From positions 1-64,000 of IMG/VR virus record IMGVR_UViG_3300021958_000021: 64,000 nucleotides of DNA. One strand, given 5' to 3'. The notes under the pieces are model-generated. The model saw only the letters and a program-made list of their open reading frames with translations. It did no database searches and was not told the DNA's origin. Within the stretch, counting starts at the first letter, position 1; the number at the start of each line of letters is the position of its first letter. The position numbers were made by a program, and so were the translations under genes. This DNA comes from an uncultured virus (IMG/VR IMGVR_UViG_3300021958_000021). Its lineage: Duplodnaviria > Heunggongvirae > Uroviricota > Caudoviricetes. This document shows positions 57,578 through 64,000 of the stretch, piece by piece.

Positions 57578-59290
57578 TCACCTAAATGTGCTAGAAGAAG
57601 TGCTTCTATTAATCTTTGAGTTAATCATCCGTCCAATTTCATCGGCCATTCTTCTCATTTCTGCTTTTGAAGAATCTTTAGCATTAATAGTAATGTTAAA
57701 ATTATTTACTGTTCCGCTTGAGTTCATTCTTCTTGAATTACTGTTAGAATGCACTCTTGAACCTCTCGGTAATGAAACTAATTCTGGGCCTTTTTCACCA
57801 ACAATAGCCATACCGTTATTAGCCATACCACCTGAAGCAAATAGTCCTATTCCTTTAATTTTTTTCCAAATCCATTTAACACCAGCCATTATAATAAAAA
57901 CTCCTAAAACCGTTAAAGCAGCAGGAAGGCCAAAGAAGAAAGCAACAGCCGCAACAATAACTAAGGCCAATTTACCAAAGTTTTCTTTAAATCCTTTTAC
58001 TGATTGTATTGCACCATTAAATAAATTTTCTATTGTTTTCCACGCTAAAGTAAATAATGCACTTGCAGTTACCCATAATATTCCTAAAGCAACCTGAACT
58101 AAGCCCCAAGCAATAGTAAAAATACCATCAAGCATTTGCATTAAATCTCCATTAATAAGACCCATAAATACATCTTTGACCCCTTCCCAAACATTTGCTA
58201 GTCCAGCAAGAAGTAGCCCTAAATTATTTTTAAATACATCAAATGCTTCTTTTAATGCTGGCCAAATTGTTTTTCTTAGGAGAACTACAACAAGAGCAAT
58301 ACCAGTTAAATACATCATACCAGTAATTAAGAATTGCATGACTGGTGTTTTAATTAGTTTAATAAATTGGTCTGCTATTGTTTTTCCTCTTTCTTTCATG
58401 CTCATATTATTAAATAAAATAGCACTTCGTAGAAATTTACTTCTTAACGCTCTTGTCTTAACTTGTGCTTTTAAATGCATAAGTTCTAAAAACCCAATCG
58501 CTTTTTGCATTCTTAAAGAAATTCCTGCCCCTGCACTCCCAACCGCCTCCTTTGTCTTTGTAAAAGCGGATTTTTGGGATTGAGAAACTTTAGTATCAAC
58601 TCTTTTTTGTTGCTCGGCATCAAATCCGAAAAGGCTTCCGAAAACACCCCCTTCTTCTTGTTCTGCTTTAAATCTCTGTGCTTCTGCATCCTGTGTCTTA
58701 GAAAGCCCTATTCTTTCAAAAGCACCCCTAATATTTATTTTTCTACCTGCTTTACCAATTGTAGTAAAAATATTATTTGCATCTTCACCTTCTCCTGCTA
58801 TTTGCCTAAGTGCTGCTGAAGTGGCTCTTAGGCTGGTTGATATTTTATTTACTGCTCTAAACATTCCAGGCGGTAAAAACCCATACATGATTTTTCTAGC
58901 AGTAGCGGCTTCAAATCCAAACACTTTAATTGTTTGACTTGAACTGCTCAAAAGTAAATCAAGATATTCCATTCCAGCAATAACTGTTCCAGTCTTGCCT
59001 TTAATTCCTACAATATCTCTAAAAGTATCAAAATTTTTCTTAGTCTGTGTGAGACTTGATGAAATTAAATTAAGTTCTTTACCTTCTTTCTTTAATCTAT
59101 CAACTAATTTTGAAGAAGCCTGTCCTCTCGTTAAGGCAATCTCATTAGCCTTTTCGGAGACTTTATTTGCTTCTTTTGTAATTCTAGTTGTTCTTTGGAA
59201 TTGTTTTTCTAAATTTCCTAGAACTCTATTCATTTCAACTAAGGCCGCATTGTTCGCAATAAGCGTATCAGTATATGTCGGCCTAGCCAT
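57578..59290 (-). CDS. Tape measure protein
   Basis: Helical with hydrophobic segments; C-terminal FASGG...IVGEKGPELV; follows the chaperone genes. Confidence 0.8.
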   Translation of the reverse strand: MARPTYTDTLIANNAALVEMNRVLGNLEKQFQRTTRITKEANKVSEKANEIALTRGQASSKLVDRLKKEGKELNLISSSLTQTKKNFDTFRDIVGIKGKTGTVIAGMEYLDLLLSSSSQTIKVFGFEAATARKIMYGFLPPGMFRAVNKISTSLRATSAALRQIAGEGEDANNIFTTIGKAGRKINIRGAFERIGLSKTQDAEAQRFKAEQEEGGVFGSLFGFDAEQQKRVDTKVSQSQKSAFTKTKEAVGSAGAGISLRMQKAIGFLELMHLKAQVKTRALRSKFLRSAILFNNMSMKERGKTIADQFIKLIKTPVMQFLITGMMYLTGIALVVVLLRKTIWPALKEAFDVFKNNLGLLLAGLANVWEGVKDVFMGLINGDLMQMLDGIFTIAWGLVQVALGILWVTASALFTLAWKTIENLFNGAIQSVKGFKENFGKLALVIVAAVAFFFGLPAALTVLGVFIIMAGVKWIWKKIKGIGLFASGGMANNGMAIVGEKGPELVSLPRGSRVHSNSNSRRMNSSGTVNNFNITINAKDSSKAEMRRMADEIGRMINSKINRSTSSSTFR

Positions 59291-59294
59291 TTAA

Positions 59295-59525
59295 TCACCT
59301 AAGATTATTCATAGAACTTTTCGTTGCTTTGTCCATTTCTTCTGCTTTAATCTTTTCCGCTTCTGCATGAACTACTAATAAATCTTTGACTAAACTAACA
59401 GGCATTTGATATATTTCTAATGGGCTTATTCCAAGTGCTTGAGATAAAGAATAAACAACAGTAAGAGACACAATTTCAGGGTCAGAAGCCTTCCCCGTTA
59501 ATGCGGCCCTTACTCGTCTTTTTTT
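59295..59525 (-). CDS. -1 frame extension of the tail assembly chaperone (gpGT-like)
   Basis: Open -1 frame from the A7 run (RRVRAALTGKASDPE...MNNLR) to TGA at 59295. Confidence 0.7.
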   Translation of the reverse strand, partial: KKRRVRAALTGKASDPEIVSLTVVYSLSQALGISPLEIYQMPVSLVKDLLVVHAEAEKIKAEEMDKATKSSMNNLR

Positions 59526-59887
59526 CCTTCATCATCCTCCAACGCCATAAATGGATTTGGTAGGACTTCTTTTAATTGATTCCCAATATAGGGAGTGAGT
59601 CGTAAAATGTCAATTGCGGAAAGACTTGGTTCAGTCTTTACCACAAAGTTTTCAACCATGAATTTAAACATAGCATTCAAATCAATGTTCATGTCTTGAC
59701 GCTTTGCATCAATCTTCATCATACTGTTCATGGCTTTGTCCACCTCAAGCCATGTGGGTTCTTTGACCCACACTTTGAGGTATTCATCGCTTTCGGGTGC
59801 TACACGAATATAGTGTAGTTTTGGCTCGGTTAGTGCAAATAGCACACTTTTATCTGATACAATTTTTCTGTTCAACATATTATCCAC
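59510..59887 (-). CDS. Tail assembly chaperone (gpG-like)
   Basis: Between the tail tube and tape measure genes; ends GGA AAA AAA GAC GAG TAA. Confidence 0.75.
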   Translation of the reverse strand: MDNMLNRKIVSDKSVLFALTEPKLHYIRVAPESDEYLKVWVKEPTWLEVDKAMNSMMKIDAKRQDMNIDLNAMFKFMVENFVVKTEPSLSAIDILRLTPYIGNQLKEVLPNPFMALEDDEGKKDE

Positions 59888-60024
59888 CTTTTATACCAAC
59901 AAACAAACGGTGTTGGTGGAATATTATTTAGTTAATTTAGATTTCTTTTTAACTTTCTTTTCTTTCTTCATAAGGTTGCGAGCAACCTTTTCTTTATTTT
60001 TATCGTATGCAGAAGGCAGATAAA

Positions 60025-62040
60025 TCACCCTTGTAGCATCCAATGAGTAGTAACTTCACAAAGAGAACAAGTTCTCGGCATAACTGTTGCTTCAACAACA
60101 ATTGGGCCTTTATCATCAGCAATTGGGAAATTGTTTGCGCTGAGATAATAGTTTTGGAAGTTTAGGTTAATCTTCTCTCCTGTTGATTTTGTAAAAGTTA
60201 ATTCAATAGTATTGCTGGTATCTTCCACTTGATTTAACAATTCATTGTATAATCTATCATCAGTCACATGACCAGTAAATGAAATCTCATAGGTTCTTTG
60301 TGCGGGAATAGCCTCCTGAATAGATTTGCTACCAACACCAAAAAATCTTCGGTCTTGAAGAGAATTGTTCATGGTTAGAGTCAAAGTGTTAATTTTTAAG
60401 AAAGAATGACCGAAGCATTTGAAAACACCATCTGAGAAAAAGAAAGGTTCACGCAGTTCATCAACGGAAGTAAAGTTAAAGAAAGAAGTTTCGTCAGTCA
60501 CGCCTCTTCTAGCATCATAAGATTCAGTCTTTTCTAAAGAATGAACAGCCCTTGTGTTTGCGCTAAGAGTCATTTTAACTTCTTCATTTTCATTAGCAGT
60601 TAAAGTGAGAGTATTAACTCGGCATCCTCTAGCGATTTTAACAAAGTTAAGTTCTTCGTTATCGTTAGCAGTTTGAGTTCGGTATGTGTCCGAAGAAGGC
60701 AATTTGCTCATCACTTGTTCTAAAGCAAACGAAGGAAGAAGGTCTTGTTCTTGTTCGGCAAAAGTATATTTAATAGCATTCTGCAATTTACCGCTAGTTA
60801 ATGAGAAAGCCCCTACTTTATCAAGATTTGCCCTATCATCAATTGAAATATTAACAGGAGGTGTCATTACATTTACACTATTTTCACGAACAGACCTTTG
60901 AAAAATTGGGCCTGTTTCTGAAATTGAATTGTAGTCAATATATACTGCATTTGCGCTTTCAGCAGTAAAATCATTCGTTGGAGGAATCCCGCTTGGCGCA
61001 CTTTCACTAAAAACATCACTTGTGCTAATATTTCCTATATCAACATTAGTGCATCGCCCTAAGAAATAATACAACCAAGCACCGTGATTCGCAACAAGAC
61101 TCAAATCAGCCGCACCTGCGGTTTCAATACCCTTATATTGGTAAGTCCAATTTCTTGAACCTCCAAGAGATAAATTGGTTTGTTTCATTTCAACCTCAGT
61201 AGTAGGGAAAGTAATAGATTCTGTAATGCCTAACCAAGTATCAGCAAGAAGTCTTTTTCCAGTAGTAGTGGTTGCCGTTGTTCCTACTACTGAAGTAATA
61301 GTCAAATTAGAATTAATAGACTTAGCGGTTCCATCTAATTGACTCATTGTAGTTGCTACTGCGTTAGAACCACCATGAACACTAGTAATTGTGACTGTTG
61401 CGCCATTTCTTGTAGCAGTAGCATTAGTTAAGCCATCTGCGGCAGTAGCCAAAATCGCAGCAAATTCTTCTCTTGTGTTGTTTGATACTCCATCAATAGC
61501 CACTTCCGCAGATGTTGAAATACCTCCACTATATGTTTGACCACCAGATGAATCAATAAATAGGGCTGCTTGAGCCAAAGTCCCTCCACCTGATGTTTCA
61601 GCAGAAAGGAGATTCAAAACAATTACATCATCATCATAATCAGTTTTATCATCACTAAGGAAAGTAATAGTCGTAATTAAATCGGTGTGGGTTGTTCCAG
61701 AAGAAACTTTTGGTGCAGGACATGGCGCACCATAGGATTCAATAACGAAATAATCATCTGAAGCCAAAGTATCAACAGAAGGGCTGATAGTGATAGTAGT
61801 TTCTGTATTAGAAGTAATTCTGTGAATAGTTTGTAAATTATCACCAGTATTATATCTGCGAATAACACAACCAACATAAATATCATTCACAAGAGAAAAA
61901 TTATCCGTGAAGTTAGCGTGTAAAGTAAAGGTTGATACATTACTTCCTGCACTTGCAGTTGTAATTTTACAGTATAAGTCCAATTCAGGGACTTTTGTGA
62001 TACTTGCTCCGCTACCTAAAAATATATCGCTATTTACCAT
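60025..62040 (-). CDS. Major tail (tube) protein with N-terminal accessory domains
   Basis: C-terminal tube-like region (GCRVNTLTL, LTMNNSL, RTYEISFTG) in the canonical gene position. Confidence 0.7.
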   Translation of the reverse strand: MVNSDIFLGSGASITKVPELDLYCKITTASAGSNVSTFTLHANFTDNFSLVNDIYVGCVIRRYNTGDNLQTIHRITSNTETTITISPSVDTLASDDYFVIESYGAPCPAPKVSSGTTHTDLITTITFLSDDKTDYDDDVIVLNLLSAETSGGGTLAQAALFIDSSGGQTYSGGISTSAEVAIDGVSNNTREEFAAILATAADGLTNATATRNGATVTITSVHGGSNAVATTMSQLDGTAKSINSNLTITSVVGTTATTTTGKRLLADTWLGITESITFPTTEVEMKQTNLSLGGSRNWTYQYKGIETAGAADLSLVANHGAWLYYFLGRCTNVDIGNISTSDVFSESAPSGIPPTNDFTAESANAVYIDYNSISETGPIFQRSVRENSVNVMTPPVNISIDDRANLDKVGAFSLTSGKLQNAIKYTFAEQEQDLLPSFALEQVMSKLPSSDTYRTQTANDNEELNFVKIARGCRVNTLTLTANENEEVKMTLSANTRAVHSLEKTESYDARRGVTDETSFFNFTSVDELREPFFFSDGVFKCFGHSFLKINTLTLTMNNSLQDRRFFGVGSKSIQEAIPAQRTYEISFTGHVTDDRLYNELLNQVEDTSNTIELTFTKSTGEKINLNFQNYYLSANNFPIADDKGPIVVEATVMPRTCSLCEVTTHWMLQG

Positions 62041-62067
62041 GCTAACTCCCCCTTCCTAACAAACTTA

Positions 62068-62580
62068 CTAGGGAATACTTAATGCAAATCTTTTTGCTTC
62101 TAATGATACTTTATATCCAAATAAACGCTTTGCTCTATCATTTGATTCGCTTCTTGAGCCAACAAATAACTGATTGAATCTTGAGCCATCACTTGCAGTA
62201 TAGCCCTTGCGCTTACCCTCAAGAACCCTACGCAGAATCAAGTATATAGCCCTTAGCCTGTCTTTTCCGTAGTCGGCATCAGCCCCACCTCGCTCATCAT
62301 GCAGGACACGAATATGAAGAGTAAATGAATAAGTTTCATTTCTTACATCATAATGAATTGTTGGGTATGTAATTGATTGAGAATCCTCAAAAACAACGAT
62401 TGTTGCAGGTGTCCTGCTCAAATCAACACGAACACCTTTATTTGCAGATAATGTTCTAATGTCAATAAAATCAGGAGTAACTGCATGAGAAGCATCAATT
62501 GTTCCATCGCTAACAAGGGCAGTAGCGTTAGATGCCCAATTGTTTGATAATAAATCTAAGAGAAGAGAGACTTCATCCAA
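62068..62580 (-). CDS. Tail terminator / completion protein
   Basis: Size and position directly upstream of the tube gene. Confidence 0.55.
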   Translation of the reverse strand: MDEVSLLLDLLSNNWASNATALVSDGTIDASHAVTPDFIDIRTLSANKGVRVDLSRTPATIVVFEDSQSITYPTIHYDVRNETYSFTLHIRVLHDERGGADADYGKDRLRAIYLILRRVLEGKRKGYTASDGSRFNQLFVGSRSESNDRAKRLFGYKVSLEAKRFALSIP

Positions 62581-62780
62581 TTTTCCACCTCCGTATTAAT
62601 TTGTTTTTCAATTAATTTCTGATATTCTTCTAAAGCAAACTTCATTACTTCATCATCACTAAAACCAATATCAATCCCTAATGATTCTGAAACGGCTTGC
62701 ATGGTTAATTGTCTTTCTTTTTGAATCTCAAGTAATTGGTTAAACTTGGAAAGGTCAATTTCAATTGCCATAAAAATCAA
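62556..62780 (-). CDS. Small hypothetical protein
   Basis: 74-aa coupled ORF. Confidence 0.5.
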   Translation of the reverse strand: MIFMAIEIDLSKFNQLLEIQKERQLTMQAVSESLGIDIGFSDDEVMKFALEEYQKLIEKQINTEVENWMKSLFS

Positions 62781-64000
62781 TCCAAGAAATAAACAAGGTC
62801 AGCCTTACCTTTAAGAATATCCATAGCCTCTTTACGAAGAATATCATATTTTTCCTTTGTAGAAATATTTCCACCAGATTCAGTAATCAACACGCTTTGG
62901 TCATCATGTCGGATAATTTCTGATGCGGCTAACTTCGTGGTGGCTTCGTGAATTGCAGAAGGAACTCTATTATTTCCAGCAATATAAGTCACAATAACAG
63001 AATTATTTCTATGATAAGGATAATCCTTTAGAAAGAAAATACGGCCTTCTTCATTAATTGTCCAGTAATCTCCAAGACGGCGCATATCTTCTTTGTCAGT
63101 AAATGCAGTTAGTGTGCAAACTGTTGGTATTTGGTCTGTTGTAATAAATGTCGCTGTTCCCGACCCTGTATTTGTAGTGGCGGCAGACATAGTAACATTT
63201 GTTGAATCCACAATAGCAGTAATTGTTGTTCCACTAGGAATGTGATTGTTATTATCTTCAACTTCCATACCTACAACTAATTTAGACGAATCAGCCACAA
63301 TGAGGTTAGTATCTCCGTTTGTATGTGTGATTGACTGTTTTATGGTGGCCTTTAGCACACAATCTGCCCCATCGTCTCCCGAAAGTAGGGATGAGAAGAG
63401 AATCTCCTTGCCGTTTGACTTGTTCTTTCCAGCATAGAAAAAGTCAGAAATTGATAATTGCGAAGAAGTGAGGCTCTTTGGTGCAGTTGCTCCTGTAAAT
63501 TGAGACATAGTAGGAAAGGTTTCATTTACTAAAGAAAGGATTTCTTCATTGGTTGTCTTGATACCAAAGGTATTACAAAATTCATCGTTTCCTAAATTAT
63601 TCAATGTGTTTTCTGCAGCCATTTCAAAAGATACTCCACTATTCGGTAATTGAAGAATAATAGAATTTAAGTCTCTAAAATTATCTAGAAGAGTTAATTT
63701 TGCTTGAGCCGATGCAATTTCAATATATTGACTTCCCTGCCAGAGTTGTAGAGAAACAATCTTTCTTACTTTCATTTTTGATAATTGCACAAAACCAACA
63801 TGACCGCCATAATATGCCTTGTGTGGGAGATGAGAAAATTCAAAGTTATGATACTCGTCCTTCGTAATAATTGGACGGTATGAACGCTTTACCTTGTCGT
63901 CCACGATACCCTCCACCCGTTTGATAATTGACCCGATTTGAGCCAATGTGGGGTAGGTAGATACCGAAAAAGCGGGAACCTGTAATAGATTAGCAACCTC
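62777..64000 (-). CDS. Head-tail adaptor-like protein (partial, start beyond right edge)
   Basis: Frame is open to the window end; VIVTYIAG...VPSAIHEATTKLAA is typical of connector proteins. Confidence 0.6.
   Translation of the reverse strand, partial: EVANLLQVPAFSVSTYPTLAQIGSIIKRVEGIVDDKVKRSYRPIITKDEYHNFEFSHLPHKAYYGGHVGFVQLSKMKVRKIVSLQLWQGSQYIEIASAQAKLTLLDNFRDLNSIILQLPNSGVSFEMAAENTLNNLGNDEFCNTFGIKTTNEEILSLVNETFPTMSQFTGATAPKSLTSSQLSISDFFYAGKNKSNGKEILFSSLLSGDDGADCVLKATIKQSITHTNGDTNLIVADSSKLVVGMEVEDNNNHIPSGTTITAIVDSTNVTMSAATTNTGSGTATFITTDQIPTVCTLTAFTDKEDMRRLGDYWTINEEGRIFFLKDYPYHRNNSVIVTYIAGNNRVPSAIHEATTKLAASEIIRHDDQSVLITESGGNISTKEKYDILRKEAMDILKGKADLVYFLD

Noticed and set aside
11006..63437. 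Numerous short ORF-track entries antisense to or nested in long genes (e.g. 11006-11473, 35195-35737, 57588-58097)
   Set aside because: Shadow frames of well-supported genes, with no RBS or recognisable motifs.

Overview
The window is about 64 kb of a tailed dsDNA virus genome with an archaeal host. Its gene set is TFB, split PolB, PCNA, RFC, RPA, AEP primase, XPF, an MCM-like helicase, ATP-dependent ligase, class II RNR, GroEL/GroES and a siphovirus-type tail module. This best fits the marine Poseidoniales (MG-II Euryarchaeota) 'magrovirus'-type viruses; that assignment is an inference, not a database result. Layout: (1) 1-4965, minus strand: a probable terminase small subunit preceded by an array of unrelated small genes that nearly all start with the same W-x-[DE]-x-[ILV]-[KR] peptide. 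(2) 5100-9030: ten palindromic CAAAG-n-CCATATGG-n-CTTTG sites, most pairs of which bracket one promoter-gene-hairpin unit in either orientation; the units include two paralogous genes with complementary UTRs and a probable ~500-nt structured RNA. (3) 9150-9515: an iteron-like/AT-rich candidate replication origin at the strand switch. (4) 9.7-48 kb, plus strand: early and replication genes, two tRNAs, and a dispersed ubiquitin-like set (Ubl ending GG-CY, E1/ThiF, JAB, possible E2). (5) 48-64 kb, minus strand: tail and neck genes, including a -1 frameshift tail chaperone. All calls come from reading motifs by eye; no searches were run.
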